Source of the DNA: Sedimentisphaerales bacterium
Lineage (GTDB): Bacteria > Planctomycetota > Phycisphaerae > Sedimentisphaerales > SM23-30
DNA: 64,000 bases
Assembly: GCA_963666285.1 (NCBI GenBank)
Contig: OY762711.1
Reading direction: 5' to 3' (one strand)
The notes beneath the pieces are model-generated. The model was given only the letters and a program-made list of their open reading frames with translations, had not been told where the DNA came from and ran no database searches. Made by a program: the position numbers and the translations under genes. Shown piece after piece: positions 1-10,491 of this stretch. The stretch's first letter is position 1, and every line of letters starts with the position of its first letter.

Positions 1-2
1 AG

Positions 3-1616
3 GTTTTGGATGGTACCTTACCTGATGAGGATATTCAAAGGTTTAATGAGTTGATCATTAACGATGCAAGATTGCGTGAATATTATTGTGAATATATTAA
101 TATAACTATAGGAATTGAAAGGCAATGTATTAATTTGCCGGTCTCAATACATGCCGGGGGTGGCCAGGCCGGTACTATTTTCAGGGATTTATTAAAACTG
201 GAACGAGAAGCACCTGCGGTTGAAACTTACGACGAGATTGAAGTTGAAGAGGTCGTGAAATCTAAAAATGCCAGGAAGCGACAAATTCCAGGCAAGTTTT
301 TTATGATATATAATAAACTGGTTTCGCTGGCAGCTGTTTTGATGATTCTGTTTATACTGTATGCGAATGTTTTTCCGCCGAAATATTCAGTTCCCGTTGG
401 TGTTGTTGTTGACCAGATGGGGTTAGAATGGGCTAAATCATCAGAGGTATTGAAGGATGATGATGTTTTATTTACCAATCAGGCACCGTATGTAATCAGC
501 AAAGGATATCTTAAATTAAGATATAATGAAGGTGTGGATGTTCTTATTGAAGGTCCGGCTTCTTTTGAGATTGATAAGTCTCGGCTTTACCTGGAATATG
601 GGAAACTGTATGCTCATGTTTCAGAGATAGGCAAAGGTTTTACCGTTGAAAGCTCGAAGACTAAATTTGTTGATCTTGGAACAGAGTTTGGGGTTCTGGT
701 TGATAGCACCGGCTCTTCCGAGCTGCATGTATTAAAAGGTGAGGTGCAGTTTTATGCCGGTTCCAAAGATAATAAGAACAAGACCAGGAAAGTATACCAG
801 GATAATGCAATACGCTACGATTCTGATGATAGTACAATAGAATCGATACCAATTAATAGAAACAGTTTTGTACGTAATTGTAATTCATCATCAAATTTTG
901 CCTGGAAAGGCCAGCATATTGACCTGGCTGATATTATAGGAGGGGGCAATGGTTTTGGTACAGGCAAGACAAATTACGGGATAGATTTCTATAGCGGCAA
1001 AGTTAGTTACGTTGAATCTGAAGCAGAGTCATTTCGAGTGTCCGGGTATGTTGCTGCTTCGCACCCTTATATAGATGGTGTGTTTATGCCTGACGGAGGG
1101 GATGGTTCGGTTGAAATAACATCTACCGGCATTAGCTTTGATCGATTTCCTGATACAAATGGAGATTGTTATGTTCCTGTTTGTAATAATCGTGAAATCA
1201 AGAAGGGTTTTGGTGGGAATCCGGAATTGGGATATTTGATAATGAATGGAGAGGATGTGCAAAAACAAATATCACCGCGTATTTGTTTGCATTCAAATGC
1301 CGGTATAACATTTGATTTAGATGCTATCAGGTCATCTTTGTCAGGAGTAGAGATAGAACGTTTTACAGCGGTATTTGGTCTTATAGAGAGTAGTACAGAG
1401 GAGCCTACAGATGTCGATCTGTTTATTCTGGTTGACGGTATAAATGTGTTTTCCCATAAAGGTTATCTCTCAACCGATAACCCGCTTGATATCAAGGTTG
1501 AGTTGGATAGCTCAGACAGGTTTCTTACAATGACTTGCCTGGAAGGCATGCAAAATTTTGGAGACTGGGCTTTCCTGGTTAACCCGATTTTGGAGTTGAA
1601 GTCTGCGGAATATTAA
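3..1616 (+). CDS. FecR-domain anti-sigma/sensor protein with C-terminal NPCBM/NEW2-like domain (5' end lies outside the window)
   Basis: Frame is open from the window edge. One TM helix (LAAVLMILFILY), FecR-like motifs (LIEGPA, FVDLGTEFGV, LHVLKGEV) and a C-terminal HSNAGITFDL...GDWAFLVNP domain. Confidence 0.8.
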   Translation, partial: VLDGTLPDEDIQRFNELIINDARLREYYCEYINITIGIERQCINLPVSIHAGGGQAGTIFRDLLKLEREAPAVETYDEIEVEEVVKSKNARKRQIPGKFFMIYNKLVSLAAVLMILFILYANVFPPKYSVPVGVVVDQMGLEWAKSSEVLKDDDVLFTNQAPYVISKGYLKLRYNEGVDVLIEGPASFEIDKSRLYLEYGKLYAHVSEIGKGFTVESSKTKFVDLGTEFGVLVDSTGSSELHVLKGEVQFYAGSKDNKNKTRKVYQDNAIRYDSDDSTIESIPINRNSFVRNCNSSSNFAWKGQHIDLADIIGGGNGFGTGKTNYGIDFYSGKVSYVESEAESFRVSGYVAASHPYIDGVFMPDGGDGSVEITSTGISFDRFPDTNGDCYVPVCNNREIKKGFGGNPELGYLIMNGEDVQKQISPRICLHSNAGITFDLDAIRSSLSGVEIERFTAVFGLIESSTEEPTDVDLFILVDGINVFSHKGYLSTDNPLDIKVELDSSDRFLTMTCLEGMQNFGDWAFLVNPILELKSAEY

Positions 1617-1679
1617 AATAACGAATATGGATGTGTATCCTTATCTAAATAATATTATTGTTTTTTGGAGGTAAAGAAG

Positions 1680-2237
1680 ATGAAAAAGCTATTGGTAACT
1701 TTGGTTGTTCTGGTTGTTTCTGGAATAACCCATGCAAATCTAATTCAGAATGGCAGTTATGAAAGTGGTGCAGATTACTGGTATACCGGCGGAGGTACAA
1801 TAGTCGATACTGATGCTGTTGATGGTATTTATTGTGCCCAGTTATATGCAGAAGATACGGGGGATAACCTGGATTGGCGAAGTGCCGGCGTTTCAGTATT
1901 ACCGGGAGAAGAACTAACCTTAATTTTCAGTTACAAAACAACTGATGTGCTTTATGATAATAGTACTCAGGTTCGTTTCAGGTTTTTTAGTGATAGTGGA
2001 TGGATTGGTGAAGCTCAGTCTGATCTTGCTGTGACCAATGGTCAGTGGCAAGAAGCCAGTCTAACTTATACATCTCCGGATGAGGTGAGTTATTTCGATG
2101 TATGGTTTACATTAAATACTTTTGGCGACAGGTCAACAGGAGCAGTTTTGTTTGATTCTGTTGTTGTCACACCTGAACCGGCTACAATGATTTCTTTAGC
2201 CCTTGGCGGCCTGGGAGTGCTTGTCAGACGCAAGTAG
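1680..2237 (+). CDS. PEP-CTERM sorting domain protein with carbohydrate-binding-like domain
   Basis: GGAGG RBS, signal peptide MKKLLV..., C-terminal TPEPATMISLALGGLGVLVRRK. Confidence 0.9.
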   Translation: MKKLLVTLVVLVVSGITHANLIQNGSYESGADYWYTGGGTIVDTDAVDGIYCAQLYAEDTGDNLDWRSAGVSVLPGEELTLIFSYKTTDVLYDNSTQVRFRFFSDSGWIGEAQSDLAVTNGQWQEASLTYTSPDEVSYFDVWFTLNTFGDRSTGAVLFDSVVVTPEPATMISLALGGLGVLVRRK

Positions 2238-2309
2238 ATTAGCGACTTTATTATTTGATTTCTATGTTATATGTTATAGAACTTATTATATAATTTTTTG
2301 GAGAAGTGC

Positions 2310-3563
2310 ATGATGAAAAAAATGGATACAATTTTGTGGCAAATGAGAAAACAGGTTTTAGCCGTAGTTGCTTTTATAGTTTTGGGTTTTTCAAGTGCCG
2401 GTTTTGGGGCATTTAACAATACTGTTAACCTGATAAGCGTAAATCCAGGTTTTGAAGAAGGTGGCCAAGGCTGGTATACCGGTGGTGGTACTATCGATGA
2501 TACCGAAGCCAGTGAAGGAACTCACTCAGCTAAGCAGGAAACAGATGGCAGCAGCAGAGATTGGCGTAGTCAGGGTTACAGTGATATTACCATAGGCCAG
2601 GTGTATCAATTTGCTTTTGATTACAAAACAGCAGAAGGCTCAACAGGCAATCTTCAGTATAGATTCCGTTTCTTTTCAAATGGAGGGGATTTTAAAGGAG
2701 AATCTCAAGGGACGCTCGATCTGACTGATGGTGAATGGGTAAGTGTCACAAGTGAATATACCTGTCCGGATGGTGCAGATTATTTTGACATATTTCTCTC
2801 TGCAAATTTATTCGATACACCGTTTTCTGGATCAGCGTGGTATGACAATGTTGCAGTGCATCCATATGTAGATGATAATTTGGCAATAAATCCTGATCCG
2901 GCTGATGGCGAAATTGATGTTCCGGTTGACACCTCATTAAGCTGGAATAAGCCATCTACTCAACAAGAAGGATATTCTCTGTACCTGGCAGAAGGCGCAG
3001 ACCCTAACTGGACATTGATTACTACCCCAACCTGGACAACTGATGATCCAAATGAAATTTCATTTACACCTCAAGAAGAGCTAAAAGCAGGTGTAACTTA
3101 TTCATGGCGTGTTGATACAAGTATTACCGGCGATGTTTGGTCATTTACTACAATACCGCCAACGGCATATTCGCCAGATCCTGCTGATGGCGAAACTGCT
3201 GTTTCTCCGTTACGTGTTTGCAGTTGGGGAAGTGTGCCGGGTGCTGTTTCGTATGATGTTTACTGGGGTTCTGATGAAGAACTGGTTACGAATGGTGATG
3301 CTTCTGTTTATCAGGGTAATCAGGCTGGTACAACATTTAGCCCGGAAATGGATTTCACTACTGAGTATTTCTGGCGTATTGACAGTATCTTAACAGATAG
3401 TGTAGCAACTGGTAATATTTGGAGTTACACAACTGATCAGCGTATTTGTGATCCTGTGATGGCAGGTGATGTTAATAATGACTGTGTCGTTAATATCGCG
3501 GATTTTGCCATTATGGCTGCTGATTGGCTAAACTGTACTTTGTCAAACGGTATCTGTGATTAA
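2310..3563 (+). CDS. Secreted protein: CBM4/9-like domain, two P.P.DG repeat domains, C-terminal dockerin-like motif
   Basis: Signal peptide, NPGFE...WYDNV module, YxWRVD repeats, GDVNNDCVVNIADFAIMAADWL. Confidence 0.75.
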   Translation: MMKKMDTILWQMRKQVLAVVAFIVLGFSSAGFGAFNNTVNLISVNPGFEEGGQGWYTGGGTIDDTEASEGTHSAKQETDGSSRDWRSQGYSDITIGQVYQFAFDYKTAEGSTGNLQYRFRFFSNGGDFKGESQGTLDLTDGEWVSVTSEYTCPDGADYFDIFLSANLFDTPFSGSAWYDNVAVHPYVDDNLAINPDPADGEIDVPVDTSLSWNKPSTQQEGYSLYLAEGADPNWTLITTPTWTTDDPNEISFTPQEELKAGVTYSWRVDTSITGDVWSFTTIPPTAYSPDPADGETAVSPLRVCSWGSVPGAVSYDVYWGSDEELVTNGDASVYQGNQAGTTFSPEMDFTTEYFWRIDSILTDSVATGNIWSYTTDQRICDPVMAGDVNNDCVVNIADFAIMAADWLNCTLSNGICD

Positions 3564-3604
3564 AATATAGATAAAAAAGGCAAAGGTTTAATTATGTGAA
3601 TGAT

Positions 3605-3633
3605 GACCAGGGGAGTATAATGCTTCCCTGGTC
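3605..3633 (+). terminator. Stem-loop between genes (possible terminator or mRNA stabiliser)
   Basis: GACCAGGGGAG...CTTCCCTGGTC inverted repeat with a weak U-tract. Confidence 0.4.
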
Positions 3634-3717
3634 TGTTCCATATAATGAGAATTATCCTTGATGACTTCATTAACGTGTCTGATTGATTTGGAAGTCAGTC
3701 TGTTGGAGGGTTGAATT

Positions 3718-6279
3718 TTGAGAGAACGAATGGCTGATATAATTTGTTGCAGGTTAGTCCTGTTGTTTCTATTGATGTTTTTCTGGCAGGGAGAAATTTC
3801 TTCGGCTCATGCAGATTATGATGATAGTGTAAACCTGGTCGAAATCAATCCGGGCTTTGAGTCTGGTAGCCAGGGTTGGTATACCGGGGGTGGTGTTGTT
3901 GACGATAGTGAAGCAAGTGAGGGCGTACGGTCAGGGAAACTGGTTTCGACAGGGATAGGGAATCACCGGGATTGGCGTAGCCAGGGGTATGTGAACATTG
4001 AGTCAGGTAAAAAATACAGGCTGTCATTTGATTATAAGACCAGTAGCGGTGCTATTGGAAACCCTCAAGTTCGTTTTCGATTTTTTAATGTAAGCGGGAT
4101 TTTTTTAGGTGAAATTCAAAAGACTCTGGTATTAACAGAAAATAGCTGGCAGGTAGTTCAGATAGAAGCAACAGCTCCTGAAGATGTGGCAAATTTTGAT
4201 ATATTCTTTTCAGTCAGTACGTTTGGAGATTTTGCTGGTAGCGTGTGGCTGGATGATGTCGCAGTTAATCCATGGGTAGATATGTCTTACGATTATTTCC
4301 CGCCAGATGGCACAGAAGGGTGGTCTGACAAACTGAATCTGGCGTGGAATAGTGCAGATTCGGATTTGATGTATATTGTTTATCTTGGCAAAGATCCGGA
4401 AGAAGTAACCGAGGCGCAACGCACTTTTCTGGCAGGAGATATAGATTATGATGGTCAGGTTGGGATTATGGACATGAATATTTTTGTCCAGCAGTGGCTG
4501 GCAGAGGAAAATTCTACCGGTACATATTCTTCGGATATGAATTCCAGTGGAGATGTTAATTTGCTTGATCTCAACTTCCTGTCCCAAAATTGGGCAGAAG
4601 CGAATGAACAGCCGGCTGCATTTGAGGCTGTCACTTTTACGAACTCTTACAAAGTGGGATTGGAGTTAGGGCAGGAGTATTACTGGCGTGTTGACAGGGT
4701 AACAAATGGTCAGGTGCAGGCCGGTCAGGTTATGAGTTTTTCATGTGCTGATTATCTTGACTTTGGTATTTCAGCTCCGACTCAAATATTTTACCTGGAC
4801 CAGGGGTATTTAAGTACAACGCAGCAAGTTATGGTTCAGTCATTGCAGGGTTTGATTGCACGTGTCAAACCGGCGTTGTTTATTCGCACAAACGGAAACA
4901 GACTTTGGCTGGATGATCTAAACTCACAGTATAAAGTAAGCAAAATAGATATTTCTGCAATAAGTTCGTCAAAGCCGGTAGAATGGACGCTTGGTCATTT
5001 TTCAAGCTATTATAACAGTTATATCTTATGCGATGCTTATAATGATACCGATTCCTTGACCGCTGCTGTTTGTCTGGCAGCTGTGTTACCAGATTCTCTG
5101 GTTGTCGATGTTAATGATCTATCGTTAATGGATAATTTAGGAGTTTCTATGGCTTATGATGCCAGGGGACATGATGAAAAATGGGTATGGGATCAGTTTG
5201 GTGAAAGTTTTGCAAAAGAGGCAATCTTTGTTCAGCGAAACGATATCTCAAGTCATGGAGCGTATTTACGAGATTTGCCTGTTGCTCTTGGTGCTCTGAC
5301 ATGGTGGCATGAAGATTTAGAAGAGACAGAAGATGTTTTTAGCAGTTTTAAGGCAAATATTCCTTGTTTTGGCTGGGATAGCTCCGTAGCTCCAGGTGAA
5401 GATAATGCGATTACATTTCATTCTAACCACAACATGTATACTGTTGTTACGGATTGGATGTTGAATCTTTCACTGTTTGCGGGAACGGCATCAATGACAC
5501 CTGTGGTAGAATTTCAACAGCCTTGCAGTGATAATAAATATGTGCCGGAAGATAATGTGCATTATGTTGCTTTTTGTATGAGTGATATGGATAACGTAAA
5601 TACGATTTTCAGTGCAGATGGCTGGGCCCAGAATTCGCAGCGATTTGGCAGTCAGTATCGTGGGCAGTTTGCAATGGGCTGGGGGATGCCGCCGGTAATG
5701 ATGAAAATAGGTCCTACTGTAATGAAATGGTGGTATGATAATGCAGAGGAAACTGATTGCTTTATTGGGTACTGTTCAGGTCTGGATTATTTTCATCCAT
5801 CTCAGTTTCCAGAGCTGGAACTGCATATGAGTCACTTGGATAAATATCTCGATCAGGCTGATTTAAGTACAATGTGTATTCTGGATAATTATACCGGGCC
5901 GCTAACTAGTGAGGCTTATACTACGGGACAGCTTTATTCTCAGCTGGATAGTCTGCGTGGCATGTTTCTTGGATATGATAGTGGCGGTGGCAAAATAGTC
6001 TGGTTTAACGGTAAGCCTATGGTTACCGGTAGGTATGCACTATGGGCCAATCGTCGGGAGGGGGTATGTGATACAGGTGTTAACCTGGCTGCCAGTATTA
6101 ATGCCTTACCGGCAAATCCTTATAGTGAAGATGGTTATACTTTTGTTATTGTTCATGCCTGGAGTTATGGCTGGGATGAAGTGGCTGAATGTGTCAGTCG
6201 GCTTGATTCTGATGTTAGAGTTGTTACGCCAAATGAATTAATAGAGCAATTATACCTTCATAATGTTTCACAGGAATAG
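3718..6279 (+). CDS. Secreted GxGYxYP-family putative glycoside hydrolase with CBM-like and dockerin-like domains
   Basis: SLQGLIAR, MSDMDN, RGQFAMGW, SGLDYFHP, YTFVIVHAWS and VRVVTPNE motifs, plus two DxxxDG.V EF-hand-like repeats. Confidence 0.8.
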   Translation: MRERMADIICCRLVLLFLLMFFWQGEISSAHADYDDSVNLVEINPGFESGSQGWYTGGGVVDDSEASEGVRSGKLVSTGIGNHRDWRSQGYVNIESGKKYRLSFDYKTSSGAIGNPQVRFRFFNVSGIFLGEIQKTLVLTENSWQVVQIEATAPEDVANFDIFFSVSTFGDFAGSVWLDDVAVNPWVDMSYDYFPPDGTEGWSDKLNLAWNSADSDLMYIVYLGKDPEEVTEAQRTFLAGDIDYDGQVGIMDMNIFVQQWLAEENSTGTYSSDMNSSGDVNLLDLNFLSQNWAEANEQPAAFEAVTFTNSYKVGLELGQEYYWRVDRVTNGQVQAGQVMSFSCADYLDFGISAPTQIFYLDQGYLSTTQQVMVQSLQGLIARVKPALFIRTNGNRLWLDDLNSQYKVSKIDISAISSSKPVEWTLGHFSSYYNSYILCDAYNDTDSLTAAVCLAAVLPDSLVVDVNDLSLMDNLGVSMAYDARGHDEKWVWDQFGESFAKEAIFVQRNDISSHGAYLRDLPVALGALTWWHEDLEETEDVFSSFKANIPCFGWDSSVAPGEDNAITFHSNHNMYTVVTDWMLNLSLFAGTASMTPVVEFQQPCSDNKYVPEDNVHYVAFCMSDMDNVNTIFSADGWAQNSQRFGSQYRGQFAMGWGMPPVMMKIGPTVMKWWYDNAEETDCFIGYCSGLDYFHPSQFPELELHMSHLDKYLDQADLSTMCILDNYTGPLTSEAYTTGQLYSQLDSLRGMFLGYDSGGGKIVWFNGKPMVTGRYALWANRREGVCDTGVNLAASINALPANPYSEDGYTFVIVHAWSYGWDEVAECVSRLDSDVRVVTPNELIEQLYLHNVSQE

Positions 6280-6458
6280 GATATTCCTGATTTTTTTTTG
6301 CATCTGACGACTGTATATGCTAACGGTTGATGATTATATGGCAATAATATGTCATTATTACCGTAGAGAACTTAAACAGATATGGTTCAGTGGGTTATGC
6401 CATTACAGTTAGTCTGTAAATCAGACCAAACTTAGTTATATGCAGCTGCAAAAAGAAA

Positions 6459-6533
6459 TCGGGCTGACAGGATTTGAACCTGCGACCTTTTGACCCCCAG
6501 TCAAACGCGCTAGCCAAGCTGCGCCACAGCCCG
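6459..6533 (-). tRNA. tRNA-Pro (GGG)
   Basis: Minus strand reads CGGGCTG...TTTGA-CTGGGGG-TCAAA...GGTTCAAATCC...CAGCCCGA, a cloverleaf with GGG anticodon. CCA is not encoded. Confidence 0.97.
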
Positions 6534-6709
6534 TAATATGTCGAAACAGATCAAACAGATTAATGATATATAAGATGAAAGTCAAGAGAATTGTCTGATA
6601 TATAATATCTTACTGATATGTAAGTTATTATATACAAATACTTAAGTTGATGTTTCCCAGTGTGTCAACCAGTTCAGTTTTGTCAGGAATGAAGGATATT
6701 GGAGTTGTG

Positions 6710-7057
6710 CTATCCCTGTGACGTTTCCTGTTCATGAATTGGTGGTACCACATCGATAGGGCTGCCGTCGATCATAAGAGTGAAATCGAGATCAGCGATA
6801 CTGACTACATCGCCGGGAGAAACGGCGGTAGGGTGGTCAATTTTCTTGTGGTTTACGTAAGTGCCGTTTGAGCTGTTGAGGTCTGTAACCACAATATGCC
6901 CATTTTCACAGATAAGTTTACAGTGCTGGCGTGAGACTGCAGATTTAAGAACTCTGATATTACAATCAGGCCTTCGGCCAATAATAGTGCTATCTCCGTT
7001 TAGGTGGATATCTTTTCTCTCCCCATTCTTTTTAAACAATACTAATGTGGTGTCCAT
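6710..7057 (-). CDS. FHA domain protein
   Basis: IIGR...VSRQHC...DLNSSNGTYVN FHA signature. Confidence 0.93.
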   Translation of the reverse strand: MDTTLVLFKKNGERKDIHLNGDSTIIGRRPDCNIRVLKSAVSRQHCKLICENGHIVVTDLNSSNGTYVNHKKIDHPTAVSPGDVVSIADLDFTLMIDGSPIDVVPPIHEQETSQG

Positions 7058-7321
7058 TCAAATACCCCTGTCACAAGAAATAGTGCAAAACGAATTTCAT
7101 ACAAGTAACCAGTGCTCTCCATGAATAGGAGATGAATATCAATAATAGATTACATAGAGATGATAGTATATTTCAAGAATAAAAAGTAAATTTTATCAGA
7201 ATATGAGAGGAAATCGCTTAAGTTTAAAAGTTTAGATTGTTCTAATTGATTATTAGTGATGGATTTATTGAATTTTATAATACAGGTGGAATGGGTGTTG
7301 TTTGTATTGTTAGTTAACATA

Positions 7322-8200
7322 TTATTTAACTATCATACTCAACTTGTCAACAGCCTGGTTCTGAATTTGTCTGATTCTTTCTTTTGATAAACCCAATATT
7401 AGACCTATGTCTTTTAATGTCATTTGATTACCGTGAAAATCTCCGACCGAGAATCTCATTTTTAGCACTTCACGCTCAATATCGGACAGATTACCATTAT
7501 TGCCAAGTATATAATGTCTGACTTGTCGAATAGTCTCAAAAATTCGTTGTTCTCTAATTTGCTGGCAGGTATCATCTTTTTCCAGAGCCGGGTCATAATC
7601 AATATATAAAATGCGGTTATTGCGGAATTGTTTTTTTGCCAGTCTGACAAAGCTTTTACCAATGGCTCTGCATGCGTAAGTGCTGAAATGGAAACCAAGT
7701 CTGTAATCATAACACTCAGTAACTCGCAGAAGTGCCATGGCACCTTCGCTGACGAGTTCGCCGTATTCCAGGTTTTTATACCTGCATTTTTGTGCCATGC
7801 TGAGTACAAGTCCCATATTAGAGGTTGTAATAATGTCTCTGATAGAGGTTTGTTTTCTATCGATGTCAAGCAGTGCTTTTATCCATTTGTAATGAATTTT
7901 ATTGTTAGGCTTTAATATTTTATGCCTGATTTTTTCTAGTAAGTACCTGGTATAATGCAACTTACTGAATAATAATTCATGCTGTCTGTGTGTGGGGGGA
8001 GTTCCAGGAACAAGGTCAAGTTTATGGTCGCAAATATACCTTACCCAATCCGGATCAGAAAAATTAGAGTTATTATGGAATCTTACGCCATTAATGAGCA
8101 ACTTAGAGATACGTTTTTGTTCAACGAGTGAAAATTGAGTTTCGATCATTCGTTGAAGACTTGTGTTTTGCTCGTCCTTGCAGTCCACTTCTTTAATCAT
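7322..8200 (-). CDS. Sigma-70 family RNA polymerase sigma factor (alternative, RpoD/RpoS-like regions 2 and 4)
   Basis: SNMGLVLSMA, GFHFSTYA (region 2) and TLKDIGLILGLSKERIRQIQNQA (region 4.2). Confidence 0.92.
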   Translation of the reverse strand: MIKEVDCKDEQNTSLQRMIETQFSLVEQKRISKLLINGVRFHNNSNFSDPDWVRYICDHKLDLVPGTPPTHRQHELLFSKLHYTRYLLEKIRHKILKPNNKIHYKWIKALLDIDRKQTSIRDIITTSNMGLVLSMAQKCRYKNLEYGELVSEGAMALLRVTECYDYRLGFHFSTYACRAIGKSFVRLAKKQFRNNRILYIDYDPALEKDDTCQQIREQRIFETIRQVRHYILGNNGNLSDIEREVLKMRFSVGDFHGNQMTLKDIGLILGLSKERIRQIQNQAVDKLSMIVK

Positions 8201-8516
8201 CGTTATACTCCCTTTAATATGGCGATTGCCGCTAAAACTTGTTGACTAAATTAGAACATAAGTAGTAAAAAAATACAATCGGAGTAAGGTACTTATTGGC
8301 TATAGTCCTATAATCCTTATAATATGTAGGTATTATCCCCTATAAAGTGCATCGAATTTATGGTAAAGTTTTTTTGTAAGTCACTAATATAGCTAAATTT
8401 ATTTTATTGACACATAATCTGGCCTAGGGTATAACTATTCTCGTCTCAGGGCATTTAGGTAATGTTATTTTGGTGTGAAAAACAGATAATAATAAATTCT
8501 TTTCTGGATTATTAAG

Positions 8517-8864
8517 ATGATTATTGTGAATACGGAAACTGTTGTTGGTAAAAAGATTGTCAAGCTTTGCGGTTTGGTTCAGGGTAATACAATTCGTGCG
8601 AAACATGTTGGTCGAGATATAGCAGCCAGCTTCAAGAATATGCTGGGCGGAGAGTTGACAGGGTATACCGAATTGCTTACCGAGGCACGTCGCCAGGCGA
8701 TGGAGCGTATGATAGCACAAGCTAACCAGTTGGGAGCTAATGCCATTGTGAATGTCAGGTTCAGTACAAGTGCCATTACCCAGGGAGCAGCAGAGCTTTA
8801 TGTATATGGAACGGCAGTAATATTGGAAGACGATATACCGGTAGCACAAATGGAGGAAAGCTGA
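8517..8864 (+). CDS. YbjQ/UPF0145 family protein
   Basis: HVGRDIAASFKNMLGGELTGYTELLTEARRQAMERM...GANAIVNVRF...YGTAV. Confidence 0.92.
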   Translation: MIIVNTETVVGKKIVKLCGLVQGNTIRAKHVGRDIAASFKNMLGGELTGYTELLTEARRQAMERMIAQANQLGANAIVNVRFSTSAITQGAAELYVYGTAVILEDDIPVAQMEES

Positions 8865-8865
8865 G

Positions 8866-9384
8866 TTGATTCTTTTGCAACTTTCATCTGATATCTCTTC
8901 TTCAGGTCCGCTATTTGCGTATTTTGCAGAGATAGTAATTTTTGTTCTGCTTCTTCTGACCGGCTTGATAGCTGGCAGGCACTTTGAAAAGAAGCATTTA
9001 AATAGCCTGAACGAAGCAGAAAGCGAACTGGGCTATTTTTGTATAACAAACGGTCGTAATCCGGTTGGCCCAGTTGACGCAAGCTGCTGTTCGTGTATAG
9101 TTGAAGGGCAGGTAGTGATAGCAAATGATTATCTAAAAAGTTTCCTGTCTCATTTTCGGATGATATTTGGCGGCGAGATGAAGAGCTATGACCGCCTTAT
9201 GATGCGTGCCCGTCGCGAGGCAATAGTGCGTATGATGAGGGATGCCGAAAGAATGGGGTATAATGCTGTTTGTAATATAAGAATGGATTTTTCGAGTATA
9301 GTATCTGGCAGTATGAATAAGGCACCCGCAGTGGAAGTGTTGGTAACGGGAACAGCGTATAAATTACGTGAAGTGAAGAACTAA
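8866..9384 (+). CDS. Membrane-anchored YbjQ-like (heavy-metal-binding domain) protein
   Basis: N-terminal TM helix, then IFGGEMKSY...ARREAIVRM...EVLVTGTA. Confidence 0.85.
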   Translation: MILLQLSSDISSSGPLFAYFAEIVIFVLLLLTGLIAGRHFEKKHLNSLNEAESELGYFCITNGRNPVGPVDASCCSCIVEGQVVIANDYLKSFLSHFRMIFGGEMKSYDRLMMRARREAIVRMMRDAERMGYNAVCNIRMDFSSIVSGSMNKAPAVEVLVTGTAYKLREVKN

Positions 9385-9556
9385 AAGTGAAGAGCTGAGG
9401 AGCCGCTTCGCTCACCTTTATTATAAGCTAACGCAAAAATATTTACTTCATAATTCGTTAATATGATATAACAGTTTGTATCTAAAAATGTTACAATGAT
9501 AAACAATGTTTAATTGGTCACTTTGAGTTATTAAAGACCTTAAATAAATAATAAAT

Positions 9557-10321
9557 ATGGATGATCGTGAACAGTTTGATATAAGAAATGAGCCGGGATA
9601 TACCGGTGAAATATTTCATCCTGAAGAGGCTAATCGACCGGTTGAGCCGGGATATGATTCAGAAATGGAACCTCAGGATCGTCTGCAGGACATAGAGCAC
9701 AGCGTATTTGATGAGCCTGCACTGGCAGATGCCGAAAAGACTGCAACAAAAGAGCTTAGCTATCGATACTGGCTGGCGGAAGGCTGGGAGAAGACGTCAT
9801 ATCTGAAGAGCTGGCTGATTACTATTGGTATTGTTTTGGTAGCTGGTCCGCTGGCGGCTGTAGCATCGCTGATAAGTTCATCTTTTACCCATGGTACCGG
9901 CTGGCAGATAGTTAATCTTGTCACATTTGGTCCGATGATAGAAGAGATCTTCAAGATAGCACTTATATACTACATAGTCGAGAAACGGCCATACCTGTTT
10001 CATAATTTATTCCAGATTTTGATAGCGGCACTGGCCGGTGGTTTGATGTTTGCGGTGATCGAAAATATTTTATACATATATATTTATATCGATTTGCCCA
10101 CCCCAGAGATAATTAAGTGGCGATGGACGGTCTGCACTATGCTGCATGTATCATGTTCGGCGATAGCGTCATTTGGACTTATCCGTATGTGGCTGGATGT
10201 ATTTCAGCAGCAATCGCGTCCAAAGCTGGAGCTGGCGTATCCATTTTTGACCGCGGCAATGATAATTCACGGCAGTTACAATGGTATTGCCCTGATGCTT
10301 GATTGGGTTGGCACATTCTAG
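9557..10321 (+). CDS. PrsW family intramembrane metalloprotease
   Basis: GPMIEEIFK, FAVIEN, LH and IHGSYN motifs in a multi-TM protein. Confidence 0.88.
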   Translation: MDDREQFDIRNEPGYTGEIFHPEEANRPVEPGYDSEMEPQDRLQDIEHSVFDEPALADAEKTATKELSYRYWLAEGWEKTSYLKSWLITIGIVLVAGPLAAVASLISSSFTHGTGWQIVNLVTFGPMIEEIFKIALIYYIVEKRPYLFHNLFQILIAALAGGLMFAVIENILYIYIYIDLPTPEIIKWRWTVCTMLHVSCSAIASFGLIRMWLDVFQQQSRPKLELAYPFLTAAMIIHGSYNGIALMLDWVGTF

Positions 10322-10406
10322 GGAAAAAACAGGCGTTATGTTGTTAGGGTGGGAAGTTGGATAGGTACGCCGGGAGCGGCGAACAAGCTCGAGGTATTTC
10401 ACGAAC

Positions 10407-10440
10407 AAAAGAGCCCATCCAAATTTCTCTGGATGAGCTC
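10407..10440. terminator. Intrinsic terminator between convergent genes
   Basis: AAAAGAGCCCATCCA...TGGATGAGCTC hairpin with a U-tract on the minus strand. Confidence 0.55.
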
Positions 10441-10491
10441 ATAAATGATTGCTGTGCTATATGTTATAGCAGTGTCTATGGAGGTTTATGG

